A stretch of DNA of 64,000 nucleotides from positions 26,474,001-26,538,000 of the forward strand of contig NC_087257.1 of the NCBI RefSeq assembly GCF_037042905.1, read 5' to 3'. The notes under the pieces are model-generated. The model searched no databases. It was not told where the DNA came from and was given only the letters and a program-made list of their open reading frames with translations. The position numbers and the translations under genes are program-made. The DNA is from Lytechinus pictus. Taxonomy: Eukaryota. This document shows positions 11,201 through 25,077 of the stretch, piece by piece (the first letter of the stretch is position 1; each line of letters begins with the position of its first letter).

Positions 11201-14200
11201 GGAAGGAAAGATGGTTTATTTTGAATTTGGAAACTGATTTGTTGAAGTATCAAGTCTTTCAAGTCTTTATACAACATATACAGCCATTGCTGCCGAGTGT
11301 CATACCAAGAAGATATCTCCTTGGTCATACCAAGGAGTTACCAGCATGTACATCACATGTATATGTATAGTGGCTACATCTACCCAAAAAAGATGTGGGG
11401 GGGGGGGGGGTGGTCTAAAATAATGCTATTTCAATGCCTGCTGCACATCAGATTTAAACTTTTAATTATGTTTCTTTGTATTTTTCATGAAATTTGCATG
11501 TTTGTGTCCCAAATAACAGTAGTCTACCTACATGTCGGCTAAAGGCCTACATCTCTGTATATTCATACTGAAACATGTAGTCATATATATAAAGTCTCTA
11601 TGTAATGATTCAACAGTATTCTGTTGTTAATAGTCGCATTTATTGAACAAAAGTAGAAAACTATTCCAGCTATAGATAGAGCCCCCCCCCCCCCCCCTTT
11701 CTGGAAAGTAATGTTTATAAAAGAACAAAATAGTTTGTAGAGACTATTCAAAAGCTAGCTATAGAATAAATTGTAATCTTTCTATATCTCTATATAGTAG
11801 AATGTTCAGGGCTATACATGTATTTTTTCCAGTGTGTATGCATATTCTTCATTTTACATTCTATCCATAGATCTGCTAGTTCAGCCAGATGCCAGAAAGT
11901 TGTTCATGATGGCAAGAGAGAGAGATGGAGTTTGTACACAATGCCTGTGCCAAGTTAGCCATTATTTTTTGGCACGTGGCTCCGTGCTCAGCTTGAAGTA
12001 CTAGGTGGTTGATAGTCTTTGATTATTCAGAACCATATTTTACCGTCACCTTCCCCCCATTAATTATAGAGCATGATTTTGCAAAGATAGAGTCCATTTG
12101 ACAAATAAATGGGTACTGTAATGTATGCTTGGAATGGTTGGGCTCAAAAATTTTTATGAGTTTTGCCGACTGTGACAATTGCCAAAACAAATTTGGGAAA
12201 CATTTGTTTCTGAACACAAATTGTCCACATGTAAAAAAAAATTGAATTAAACTTGGTTTGTTTGAAAAAGTTCTGATGATAAAATTCTAAATTTTACAGT
12301 CGCAGGTCAATCTACTCATGCTGGTACAGTGAATATCATCAACAAGCTAGACCTACAGTAGGCTATTTGTTTTGACCAGGTACTAGACATAGACCGAGAA
12401 CCCTTTTTTTATAGGGTCTGATTTTTAAGTATACACACCTCACATGGTCATTTAAAGGGCCATTGACATACATACATGCCAGCCCTGTGTAATTTGTAAG
12501 CAGGAGAAAATTCCATTTCCTGTCTTGTACAGAACACAAAGGTTATTCCTTTGTGCTTGTACAGTGTCAGTTTAAAGGGGCAACTTGACAAGAAGAAACA
12601 GAGTAATCTAAAAAGCACAAGGCTCTTCTTTACAACCTCTCAGATCCTGCAAAAAATGTATTGGAAAAGCTCAGGGAGACGATTTGTGGATGTATGTGAG
12701 GAATGGGTCAAAATCTACATCTCTCTCTGCTGGCTGTATAGGCCTACATGTATTTTGAACATTTCTTTGTAGGGCACCCTCATGCACAATTATGAAAATG
12801 TCCGATAGCAAATTATACATGTAGTTCTAAATGTATGGGGTTCATGGAGTACCACCCTCTTTGTTGATGTTGGTGACAGTATTTTGATACTTATGTGTGA
12901 GTGTTATTCTTTGTGTAAGATTTAAGGGAATTTGCAAGGAATTGTAATCAATTATATACATGCAGGTGTCAGGCCAGTCACCGCCAGTGTTAGTTCCCCA
13001 AATCAGATCAATCCCTCCAAAAAAAACACCTTTAAATGAATTTACATGTGATCCCTCCCATCAGGTACATGTACATGTAGTATAGAAATACATGTTTTTG
13101 GTAATAGCCCCCCCCCCCCACCCCCTGTTGACCTTGATACCATATGAAAAAAAATGTCAATGATTGTAAAATCATGCAGCCACATGTATGCCGAATGTAG
13201 AAATTTTTTTCTAGGTTTCTAGACGTTCCATCACATCTTTTGGTGACACATAAATTATTGTGTATTATGTGTCGTCCTCTGCAACTGACACGTGTGTTTG
13301 AGTTTCAAAGTCAGATGAAGTATCATAAATCAGAAAAATATTTTATTTTTATTTATTAGATTATTCTACTAAAAAATGTCCTTGCTTTGTCTACTTTTTT
13401 TCACATGGTGGGGGGGGGGACAGTTTGTGCCAACTGATCTCTCCACATGTATATAACAATATATAGGCTAATTTGTTTTGCTATATAGCAGTGTCATTGG
13501 GAAAACAAAATTAAAAGATATTCACAATATATGCCAAATTCTGCACTTTTCAGTATTCAAGTTGGATGAAATATAAATCTAGGCCAACATGTATAGGCCT
13601 ATTTCGTATGAAGTTTTTATTGACTTGCAGTTGCCACACTTATCAAACAATAATATAAAAAATATTTTTGGCATATTTTTGGCAATAGAAAAATCATTTT
13701 TTGCATATGAAGGGCCCATTTTGTACAAGTCTCCTGTTGAATAAATATTAGTGTTACCCTGTCTTTAAAGTTGAAGGCCTCAATCTCAATGGCTTTAATC
13801 TTTAATGTCATCTCCAAAATTGGAAACTGTAGGAGTTTTTTTTTTTTGGGGGGGGGGATGTTTGATCTTCCATGTTGTTATCGTGTCTGCTAGGTTTAAA
13901 TGAGATAGAGGGGGTGGGGTGTTTCAAGTTCTGCAATTGCCATAAATGCAATCCATATTGATTTATGGATGGTCAACAGACAAAGTCACTGTTTTCTCTT
14001 TCAAATTCAAGCACCAAATCGGGGTGTCATGGCGATCCGCTTTGGCCTGACTACAATCGGGAATGACCTCTCAAGACAGCTGTCTGGCAAGCTGGCTGGT
14101 CCGGGAGAATAAAAGCAATCCAATATTGTTTGTGTAGACCGAAATAAAGAGACCTTCCATAGGAACGAAGGAACATGTGAACTCTACAGTCGGTAACTTG

Positions 14201-14679
14201 TGAAAAAAAGAAGAAGACATGGGCAGTGTTTAAAGAGAGAATGAGAGAAAGATGGGGGGGGTGAATGAGTTTGAAAAGGAGTGATAGAGAGTGGAAGAAA
14301 AACAAAGAAAGGCAGACGTTTTAGAAAATAAATGATAAAAAAGGGGGGGGGAGGATTTTTCTTTCATGAGAGCCAAAGAGAGAGAGAGAGAGGGAGGGGG
14401 GGGAGACAAAGAATAACAAAACCGAAGATTAGCAAAAGGGAGAAGAAATTAGAGATTTAAGATGCCCCCCCTTTTTTTTAACAAATATAACATAAAAATC
14501 TGCAAACATTTCCATAAATCATGAAATAATATAGGCCTACAGGCTACATGTCGGGCCTATCTAGGGACAGAAAGATGAAGTTGATGGAGAAGACATTGAG
14601 TTCATTGTCAAGAGCATGACAAAGCTGTGAGGAGAGTGGGTTTCTACATGTGGCACTGCTTGACAGTTTGATGAGAATA

Positions 14680-14780
14680 AAGAAAAATAGAGAGAGAGAG
14701 AGAGAGAAAGAAAGCAAGAAAGAGAGGGAGAAAGGGAGGGCAGGAGAGAGAGACAGAGAAGGGGGATATGAGGAGAAATC
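14680..14780. repeat. (GA)n / polypurine tract
   Basis: Nearly pure purine run within a purine-biased region 14200-14810. Confidence 0.85.
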
Positions 14781-16374
14781 CAATAAGTGGTAAAAACGAG
14801 AAAGAAAAAAAAATCAATTTGCTGATCTAAATTGGGGGATGAACTTGCACCTGTTTTAGCCCTTACCATGTGACCACACATGTGCATTTGAAAATCTATT
14901 CAATTACGAGGGGAAAATTATATTTTAGCTGCGAGCCATTGGACAGCGTCAAAGGAACTTCGACCCTCAGATAGTAGGGGTGTGTTCATACCAATTCTTT
15001 CTTTGGGGGAAGGGGAAGATTCCCATGGGTGGGGGGGGGGGGGGGCTACTGAACTGTATCTTTTTAATATACATGTACATTGCCAGCTAGAAAAAGAAAG
15101 ATTATGGAAAATTTTTGGTTGTCAGAACAGAAAACAATGCAAAAAATTGATGTCTTAATAAAGAAATGTGGGGAAAAAGAGGAAAAAACATTGTTTCTTG
15201 AGCATACTAACTTGCTGATATGGCCAATCATGGACATTTCTCTTAAAAACAAAAGTATCGGCATATAAATATTCAGTTATTACCAGTAAAATCTGAATGC
15301 TTATTCTGCCTTTAAAAATGAAAATATATAAATGCACCCGATAATGGGAGAGCTATACTCAACACACAGTCACTGTACCGGCCCCCTACTGTATATATAT
15401 AGGTTGCATCCGCATCCAAGATGGTCGGGATATAATCATTTGAATGCCAATGGCCTTTAAATTGGACCGGAGAGCTTGTTTAAAACCACAAAGGCAATTT
15501 TCAAGTCAATTCCAGGCATCAAATATTTGGTTGGTTTGAGGGGGTAAACTGGGAGAGCCTGGTTGGTTGATGTCGTATTTGTATTGTACATGTATGCATG
15601 CCTGGATGATAGATTAGAATAAAAGAATTGATGGATATGAATTCCTAATTTTCAAATTCAAATTCTATTTATGTTTTTATTAAAAAATACTAATATCAAA
15701 AAGTTAGAAGACTAACAATGTGAGTTCACAATGGACAAATACAAATAAAAGATACTTTTTTTGATACATGTATGATGAACATACCATATGGAATACTTTA
15801 TAAATATAAATATTTTCAAAAGACTTAATAAACATTAAACCAAGTGCTACTGTGGCCCAGCACGCATGTTCACATTTGAGGGCCACACCCCTGCCCCATC
15901 CTATGGACCCAACAAACAGAATTCCGCCAAGCTGTGAGCCCCAATCACCAAAAGGGACCTAATATAACCGAAGCTTAGTGCCTTCATGTGGCGAAGGCCC
16001 ACACTCCTGTGGAGTTGGAGGGTAATGTACTTTTACATTTGTGTTGCAGGGAATCATTTTCCTGGTATCGCATCAAAATTTGCTCCACATTTTAAAAAGA
16101 CTGCTTTGCATAAAGTCTTTTGTATAGCATATTTTTACATAGGACTGTACATTACTTTATAAATAGTTGAGAGCTTTTCTCTTATGACCAAAATGCTATT
16201 CAAATTTGTAAAGCAAAATTATTCCCTGTGCTGCAATGGAACTCCCTCCATCTTGGTTTTGAATGACCTTAATATAGACCTACATACCTGTTACATACAT
16301 GTAGGCCTATCATGCCTTCAGTTTGTCATGTTCTGTATGACCAAGGAGATATCACTCTCTCCTTGGTACTATGA

Positions 16375-16880
16375 TACCCTTTTTACACACGCTAAAATTT
16401 CCTTAACCCCGTACTATAGGTGGGGCTAAATTGCCATTTAGCCCCACCTATAGTACGGGGTTAAGCTTAGCCCACTTTCTTTTTACACAGCATTTTTGCA
16501 AAGTGGGCTAACCCCACCTTTAGTACGGGATTATTTGGCCCTGCAAAAAAGCAGGGTTATCCCAGCAATTGCGGTGCTAAGAGCGATAGTACGGGGTTAA
16601 GATCGTTAGTGTAAAACGAAAGTGGGTTAAGGAAATTGTAGCGTGTGTAAAATGGTACGAGTGAAGTACTTGTACTACGAATGATCGACAAAAACCACTA
16701 GTCCGGGGTTAGCGAGTTTCGTGTGTGAAAAGCAAGCATTCCTTATCCGGGGTTAGCAATAACAATTTGGCATGTGTAAAAAGGAAAAAAAATTGTACGG
16801 GGTTAAGGATAGTACGGGGTTAAGGATAGTACGGGGTTAGCGATAGTCCGGGGTTAAGAAAATCCTGTGTAAAAAGGGTA
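16375..16880. mobile_element. PIF/Harbinger-like MITE (506 bp)
   Basis: TIR TACCCTTTTTACACA / TGTGTAAAAAGGGTA; 3-bp TSD TGA; internal 17-bp TAGTACGGGGTTAAGGA repeats and a 30-bp hairpin. Confidence 0.85.
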
Positions 16881-17370
16881 TGAGTGACTTCTTGTACATT
16901 GTAAATTCATGCAAAGCTGAAAGATGCATTTTTCAAGATGGTCATTACTAAGTTCTTATGATCAATCCAGGGTTGCCTCTAAACCTTGGCCCTATCACAA
17001 ATAGCAGAGTTCCTTTTTGCAAGATAATACAAGATGTGTGGTTTTTTTTCTTTTCTTTAAGTCATAAAGAGTAGTATGATTTACCGGTACATGTATGTGA
17101 TGGTTTGAAATGATGCTCATTAATGATGGGAAATTCTGTCTCCTGTTCACTTGAATTCCTTATGCTGTATGTGGTGATTCATGAGGCATGAGTTTGGCAT
17201 GCTATGATGACCCAAATGGTAGTCTTGAGTAGCTTGTTGTTCTCTTTGCTTGTGTTGTATAAACACATACTATCTGCTTTGATATATGTGGGTTAATTGA
17301 TGTTGTACTGTCTGGATGAAATGGAAGGAAAGATGGGAGTGAATAGCTCATATACTGGGTTCATGACATA

Positions 17371-17812
17371 TACACCGTTCTCACTACGTTCCTAAAACTA
17401 GTTTATTGGAAATTAGTTTAACGCGTAGTGAGAGCGGTCTTGGAAGCGATCTTCCAAACCTGTTCGGAAAACCACCTCGCGATGTAGTTTTCAAGATCGC
17501 TTCACCTCGGTAAACTGGTTTTAGCACAAGTGAGGACACAACCGTTCTTTGTGAAGCGATCTTCGCACATATTAAGCATGCTACTCCACACGACAGGTGT
17601 AGAATGCCTACGCTGCAGTTTAGAATTTCGCGCAAAACGTGTCACCCCACCGAGAGCGTGTCCATAGCAACAAGATGGCTTTACGTGAAGTGATTTTGAA
17701 ACCATTTTCTTGTGATCCAAGTGGGAACGCTAGCAAAGCGATCTTCCAAACTGGTTTCCTGAACCGGTTTCCAGTATTTTCTAGATTTAGAAAGCGTAAT
17801 GAGAACGATGTC
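17371..17812. mobile_element. PIF/Harbinger-like MITE
   Basis: Imperfect ~30-bp TIRs ACACCGTTCTCACTACG / CGTAATGAGAACGATGT; ATA on both sides; internal AAGCGATCTTC repeats. Confidence 0.75.
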
Positions 17813-18055
17813 ATATAGCGCCCTCGCCCTCTTGGTTTCATCAATTTGTTTTCAGACCATTTGTTTCAATGGCTGTTAAAAGTAGAAGAGTTTAATATTG
17901 TCTTGTAACCTAGGGTGTGTTCAAACATTGTTTTTGTGGTTTATACATGTAGATAGTATGAATACACTGAACTGTTTTGATGAATCAAAGTGTAGAAGTG
18001 GTATATCCTTTCTGATTATTTCTATTGTCTCTGTATCATTTCTTCTCACCCTCAG

Positions 18056-18222
18056 TTGAAAAGCCCAAAGCAGTACGGGCCAGTCCAGCTCCGCAAATCC
18101 GCAGGACCAGTTCCCTGGACACTATAGCAGGACCCTACCTCACTGGCCACTGGCCACGCTCAGAACCATTTACCTCATACAACGGATGCTACGGTCCTAA
18201 CCAAAAACATCAGTGGACTCAG
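18056..18222 (+). CDS. GLCCI1: GLCCI1/FAM117-family internal coding exon (phase 1 start, phase 0 end)
   Basis: Pyrimidine tract + ctcag acceptor; CAG|gtaagt donor. Encodes EKPKAVRASPAPQIRRTSSLDTIAGPYLTGHWPR...WTQ, matching the family motif RRTSSLDTIxGPYLTGxWPR. GLCCI1 versus FAM117A/B orthology cannot be resolved by eye. Confidence 0.92.
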
Positions 18223-18244
18223 GTAAGTGTTTTGAGTGGACCTA

Positions 18245-18765
18245 GGCTGCGTTTATCCGACCTCAAGCCAGAATCGTGATTTGAATCATGATTGGAATCA
18301 TGATTCAAATCACAAACATGAATCACAATTACTACAGAATCAGGGTTTAGACGACCTTCGTTCCAACGCTGTTTCTCCTCGGATTCGGACCGATCCAGTG
18401 CGCATCACAGTGCGCAGTTTGACCCAGGAAGTATAGGTCAACGTTGGACACTTAATTGGAGGTCGGCGACGTACATGTGATGTGACAACGTGGGGCGCGC
18501 GCCTTGGCAAGAACCGGAAATAGCTCGACACAATGACGTCATATAATCATGATTCAAATCACGATATCGTTTATCCGAACATTTTCGTACGTGATTCTGC
18601 AGAAACGTCTTTCCAAACGCCCTTTTTTTCGTAGTTCATGTTTGTGATTCTAATCATGATTATATTCAATTTCGACTAAACGCAATCGTGATTCTGCAGA
18701 ATCGTGATTTGAATCATGATTGGAATCATGATTATAGGGTAAAAAAGTGGCGGATAAACGCACCC
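18245..18765. mobile_element. PIF/Harbinger-like MITE
   Basis: TIR GGCTGCGTTTATCCG / CGGATAAACGCACCC; CTA/TTA flanks; subterminal 12-bp GAATCATGATT(G/C) repeats. Confidence 0.8.
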
Positions 18766-19223
18766 TTATTCCAATGCTGTCAAAGGCCTCAGGCTGTCTG
18801 TGGATATCCTGTTGACTGGACTTGCATGGTCCCCTTCACTGGCCTTAGAGATTACCCCCCCCCCTTTTTTTAATTTCCAATCTTGCCAAAATATAAAAAT
18901 GTGCCTATTAAAAGGAAAAGCATCCTTGCCTTAAAAATATAAAAAATATTCAGGCCTAACTTAATGTTGCAATTTATTGATTTTATAATCTCCATGATGT
19001 CACTAGTCGCTAATGTACCTGTTTAGCAATGCTTAAAAAAAAATAAAAAAAAATCCTACTCAAAATTTATCACCCTTTTTAATTTGAAGCAGGCCCAAAT
19101 GTATAAAGCAGGCTAAAAACTACACTTTATTTTGCTCAACTGAGGTGTACTTTACAATCATGTACCTGCAGGCCTAAAATTTTGTGATTTTCATTGCCAC
19201 ATACGAAGGGAAAGCTTGACCAG

Positions 19224-19365
19224 GGCAGCGTTTCATGAAAGGACTTGTCGGACGTTTTATCTGACGAGTCCCATTTTATCCGACAGTTACCATAGTAACA
19301 GTGCTTCTCAGTCAATCATAATCAAGAAAAGTTGTCAGATCTGACTACTTGTTGGACAAAAAAAT
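19224..19365. mobile_element. Right-truncated copy of the 27151-27307 MITE
   Basis: Shares AGCGTTTCATGAAAGGACTTGTCGGACGTTTTATC and CATAGTAACAGTGCTTCT with the 27151 copy. Confidence 0.75.
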
Positions 19366-21078
19366 GCTGCTCAGCATCCGTGAATCTTGTGTGACTGCTT
19401 TAATTACATTTTAGCTACAGCATATGCCGTGTCTACGTGTAGGCCTACAGTCATTTCAGTTGTCCACCATCTCCACTTTGTAAAAAAAGATATAAAGGGT
19501 AAAGGCGGTGCTGCTCTTCTGCTACAGCTTTGATACTTCAATCAATGTCAAAGTGGTTTCTTTGTGGACAGCTTCATATAGGCATATATGTTTTATTACA
19601 ACTGAGTAAGAGCATTGATCTCAATTAATTAAGTGAAGGGCCGGCCAAAGCCAAGCTCTGATAAACAGTAACACAATACTTATTTATGTAACCATGTAGC
19701 GCGAGGTTCATTAGCGAAGATCACTCCAGCTCTCTTGCTCTTTAGGCGTATTCACACCTTCACAATTAGAGAAGAGTTTGTATTTTGCCAGTGTGAAGCA
19801 AAGTACTTGTGATTTCTCCAAAATTAATTCCTGCAGATTAGAAGATATTTTCAAAATTACGTAGTATCATATAAGAAAGCATAGTCTAATTTGATATAGA
19901 GGGTCACTATCATTATCACCCAGGCATTTGCTACATGTACCATTTCCAGTGCTTAGTCGCTGCGTTCAAGGAAATAACCATTTCAGGTTCTCCACTCATC
20001 TCACCTGGGTTGAACCCGTGACCCTCTGTTTCAGAGTACATGTAGGGAACCAGACACAAGGAAGCACAGCGGATGGTATTAAGGTCTTTGTTGCACACTC
20101 ATGTATGAGAATGAGAAACTTTTTCTGCTTCAGGCAGGTCTGAATGTGAAAGATATTGGCCAGGCAGAGTCGGCCTGTGTCAGATTTTTCATAATTAAGT
20201 GTATTTTTTTCCCATAAGGTAGGTATGAACCACCCATTTTCTATCCCATTGTCATTCAACTTGATAGAGGCATTTCAGTCCCTGGGTGTAATTAATTTGG
20301 AATGAATCATGGTCAGGCAGTAAGAAATATTTGACTATCGCTCTGAAATCACAGGTTACAAGGTCAGTCCATCTCCCGCTTTGTAGTCTCTTCTCCAGAC
20401 ACTGATTTGCAGAGCAGCAAGATGATGTTTGTATTGTTTAAGTTCATGTGATTGCTTTGTTTTTTGTTTTCTAAATTTCAGCGAGTGTGATGTTATTGAG
20501 AGTGTAAATCAACTTAATCAAGCTACCTAACCTAGCACCAACACAGAATGTGGGTTTCTAAAGGTATAATCACCGTATTGAAGCTAATGTGAGACTACAG
20601 TATGTAATTCAAATCCAAAGTACGAAACCTACATGTATTTCAAATAGGCCTACTAATTGTCTCTTGCCAAGCAATTTCCTGCATAACGATACAGTGAATG
20701 CAAATTGCAATTAAGATTAGAGCATTCCGGCCCTTAATTAGTGTGAAATTCAAGAAACAGTAAAACAAGCAAACTACTGAAAATTCTACTGAAATCGGAT
20801 ACAAAACTATGTCATTTTTAAAGTTTTGCATATTGGTGAAGTTGAGTGTAACATGTAACTTGCAATGAACTACACATATTGGTTCATATCCCCATCTTTC
20901 CTTATTATATTTCATTACGAAATTAATTCTTTATTATTATTTTGTGGTAGAATTATATAAATATTGAATGGTCTCATAGTTGATCTTTTTTTTCAAATTT
21001 TGGAGAGATAAAAAGTAATATATACCAGCTCACATGAATGTTATTCGTTTTCCTTATAATAAACAGAAGAAGAAAAAG

Positions 21079-21145
21079 AATCATCAAAACTGATACCATT
21101 ATTCAGAAAAAAATCATCAAAACTGATACCATTATTCAGAAAAAA
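21079..21145. repeat. Exact 33-bp tandem duplication
   Basis: AATCATCAAAACTGATACCATTATTCAGAAAAA twice. Confidence 0.95.
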
Positions 21146-22910
21146 GACATTGATCCTTGTGTATGCCTACATCCTGTTCATAAGCAAATCTTTCATTCAT
21201 TTGTTCATATCCATCCATCCCAGGGTAGGCAAGTTTGGTTTAGTTAGTCTGCAGATACAGACCCTGTTGCACTTTTTTATGCATTAATTGGGTCTTAAGA
21301 GACGTCCAGCCCAACTGCCAATTTGTTGTGTCAATTGACAACCATCTTTTGAACACTTTGAATCTGATACATATATTTAATAGCCTTTCTATTCAGACAG
21401 CAATAGGCCTACACGTTATGTTTTGAACTACATGTACATGGGGTGTGCACCTGTAAACTAGTCCACAGTCATATAATTTTTGGTGTGTAAATTTCATGCT
21501 GTAGTACCTGTTATCGTTCTTCATGGGTTATTGGCTTTCATTATTACCTGTGCCACGTTTCCTTCCCTTGAATTTTAACAAGAGCTGTACAAGTTCAGGC
21601 AATTTGAAAAATATAGGCATATTACATATAGCGCGTTCATAACCAAATAATGTAGGCCTATATCTTTGCAAAGTAATGCACCTTGGTATGAAAGATTATG
21701 TTTCATTCACACTCAATAAAGTAAATTGCATACAGTATTAAAGCCTGCAATGGGTGTGTTCATATTTGGTGTTGACCTTTTGGTGTTGGTATTTGGTGTA
21801 GGACATCATTTTATTACATGAACACAACACCAAACTGAAACCAAAGCTGGCCTTTGTACATGTATGTCAATAGATAGAATATTGAGGAGCGGTTGATAAT
21901 GTGATTTGGATGATGGCGTTTCTTTGAAAGACATCATTTTCTCATTGGCATAGTATTTCACCCGACAGTGATTATGCGTATTTGCAACATATTTTTAATG
22001 AAGTACTTGTATAAATTTCTTGTGGTGTGAATGGGCTATTTTGCCACTCCACCGAACCCATTAAAATGTAGCCTTTAAGCAAATGATGCCTGGCCTTATG
22101 TATTTTTGACGGTCAGCCAATTTATTACCTCGCATTTCATTTGTAATAGTGCATTAGGGCGTGTGGCCACAATCGTGTGCTGCGGCGGTAGTTCCCTTTT
22201 GTTTCCCTTTCATTTGGAGAATGATGTATTGTTCCACCAAAACCCTCACTTGACAAGTATAATGAAATAAAAGAAAAAAAATACAAACAACAAACACTTG
22301 GTTTCAATATTCATGAAAAAATAGGGGCCTTGATATGGGTTGATATCTGATGCGGTAATCGATGCCCTGGGCCACATGACACAAACCTTTAATAGCAATC
22401 AATCGTATAGGCCTCTATGATCGATGCAATTGGTGTTTTGTGCTATGGACCCCAATTCATTTTTTGGCCGTGACAGTTGTACTTCGAATTTGACAGAGCC
22501 TACATCTACATGTACATGTATAACATTTGGTTGCTCAGCGATTGTTCATGTACTGTAGGCCCTGAATCAAGACTGCCAGAGGCGTTCCATTTGTTTAATA
22601 GAGCTTTTCTCTTATGACAAAAAATGCTAATCAGGTTTGATAAGCAAAATTATTCCTTGATGTATTACCTGTAGATCTAATTTAAAAAATCATTTTTTTT
22701 AGAGTGGAAACTGAGATGATATTCTTATAAACAAAGTTTAATGTGTATTTCATAAATTTCCAGTGCAAACAGGCATGCAAATTTTCACCAAGCTCATTGG
22801 AGAATTCATTCAATTTGTATCTATTGCATGTACGCCTATAATATAAAACTAGGGAGACAGATCTCATCTTTTGTTTTAACTAGAGTCTACACCTGTATAA
22901 TATCATCATG

Positions 22911-23182
22911 CAGTGACGGATCCAGGTAGGAGCACATCCGGCCCATGCCCTATCCCCCCCCCCCCCTTTGAGATCCATAGAAAATATATCGAAGGGGAAT
23001 ATGTTATGCAATTTAGGACCTTTTGAGGAGGGGGGTGGGGTTGTCAAATTTGATTGGGATTGGGGACCTTTCTATATTTTCTTTTAACTTGTCATGCTTT
23101 TCCTTTCTCGGGGGGGGGGGCTTTATTTTTTTCTTTAAAAATGCCCCCACTCTTTGGGAAATCCTGGCTGGATATGCCCCTG
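22911..23182. mobile_element. hAT-like MITE
   Basis: Termini CAGTGACGGATCC / GGATATGCCCCTG; exact 8-bp TSD TCATCATG. Confidence 0.8.
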
Positions 23183-24570
23183 TCATCATGTAATATGCAT
23201 AATAATTGCTGTTAAATAATAACTTGTTTATCATGCTTAATCAGGAGAAAGGTCAAACTAAGCATCTATTTTAGTATTAAATTGACAGAGTGATTACCTG
23301 GGATGTATAAGTGGGTTATGTAATGAGATGATTCCCTGTCAGAATGGATCATTATCACAATTAGAGGGCAATAACAACCTCCTTGTCAGGTCATGATTGT
23401 AAATAAAATCATCAACATCAAGAAAAATTAGTTGGTCATTCAATTTATTTATGCCTTGATGCTGTTAAGATTGGATGAAATACCAAACAACTTTAATTTT
23501 GCTTCAGTCATCTTCAAGGTTTGTATGAAAAAACAACCTCCCCCCACAAAAAAGCACAATGAAAACAAATGTTCAGCCTGTTTTAATATTTGAGCTGCTA
23601 AAACGTTGTTTGCTGATAACTTGTAATGTTTTTTGATAAGTTTATAATGATGATTATTTTTATTTTATTACGTGTGTACTGTACCTTTTAAATATACATT
23701 TCTGCCCCCTCCCCCCCCCCTCCGAAAAAATTGGACATTTAGATGTAGACATGTAGCATAGGAATTCAATGCGGCAAGGCAGTGGCTATAGGCCTACTAA
23801 GAGCTTTATTGATTTTGTGTCGTCTTTTCTTTTTGGTTTCCTGATCTACTTTAAACAGAGAAAGAAGGGAAAGGAGAGAGGGTAAAAGAGAATGAAAAAG
23901 GAAACAACAAAATAAGATATAAAATATTAATATAAAATATTAATATATAGATATAATTAAAATATAACCTATAAAATGGAGGAAGTTGTGCAGTAACACT
24001 TGTTGCCTTGAGTTCTACGCAACCTTTCTTTTTGCTGACCCATAAAATTTGATACTTCACCACAATTTCTAAAGCCTTGGGCTGAGCCTAGATGTAGACC
24101 CGTGGATTTTTTTGTGCAGAGAGAAGGGGGGGGGGGGAGTATATTCATTTTGATGTTTATTATTTTGCAGCCCCTGTGTTTTCTTTTTCACTGTCTCACT
24201 TGCAATTTCTAAAACCTATTTTCTACAGTATCCCGAGGATCTGCCGCAAGCAATACTTAAAAAAATAATTCATTATTCTACATCCAACAGGATAGGTATG
24301 TTTTTGCCGCATTATTGCTTACACACAAAATACTAGCCCTAAAGAAATAGCCCCCAGAATCCTGCAATTACCTAAATTTTTAAAAATAACCCCTTGAATG
24401 AGGATTTATGGGGCTCCCTTTTTTTAGTTTCCGGTGCTCTTTTGAGCATTTTGGGGGCTAAATCGCCCCAGTCCCTTTGTAATTTTTTCCCTGCTACCTG
24501 ATGCAGTCCAATCATTTCTAGGGTGTCATGCAACACATTTCAGAAGTTCTAATGATGGCTGATACACATA

Positions 24571-25077
24571 TATGCTTTTCACACTGCATTTCCTTAACCC
24601 CATACTATCCTTAACCCCATACTATCCTTAACCCCGGACTATCCTTAACCCCATACTATCTTTTTTTCGATTCACACTGTCTTTCTTAACCCCGTACTAT
24701 TTGCTTAATAGCCGGGGTTAACGACTTAACCCCGGGCAATCACACAGCTCATAAATATTGATGATTTTACCATACAGAGCGCGATTAACGTGCAATTTCG
24801 ACTGCTGTGATTGGCTAATGCTTAGCCCTGTTTCGTTTCACAATGCATCTCTTAGCACCGCAATTGTGGTGCTAGCACCACAATAAGCCGGCTAACCCTG
24901 CTTTTTTGCAGGGCCAGATAGTACCGTACTATTTACTGTGCTAGCCCACTTTGTTAAAACGTAATGTGAAAACGAAGTGGGCTAAGCTTAACCCCGGGAA
25001 ATTGGTGGGGCTAAGACCCCCCCTTAGCCCCACCAATTTCCTGGGGTTAAGGAAAAAAGTGCAGTGTGAAAAGCATA
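24571..25077. mobile_element. PIF/Harbinger-like MITE (507 bp), inverted relative of 16375-16880
   Basis: TIR TATGCTTTTCACACTGCA / TGCAGTGTGAAAAGCATA; 3-bp TSD ATA; same 17-bp repeat in reverse. Confidence 0.85.

Noticed and set aside
14000-14195. Possible extra exon upstream of 18056
   Set aside because: All three + frames hit stops before the candidate donor; at most non-coding.
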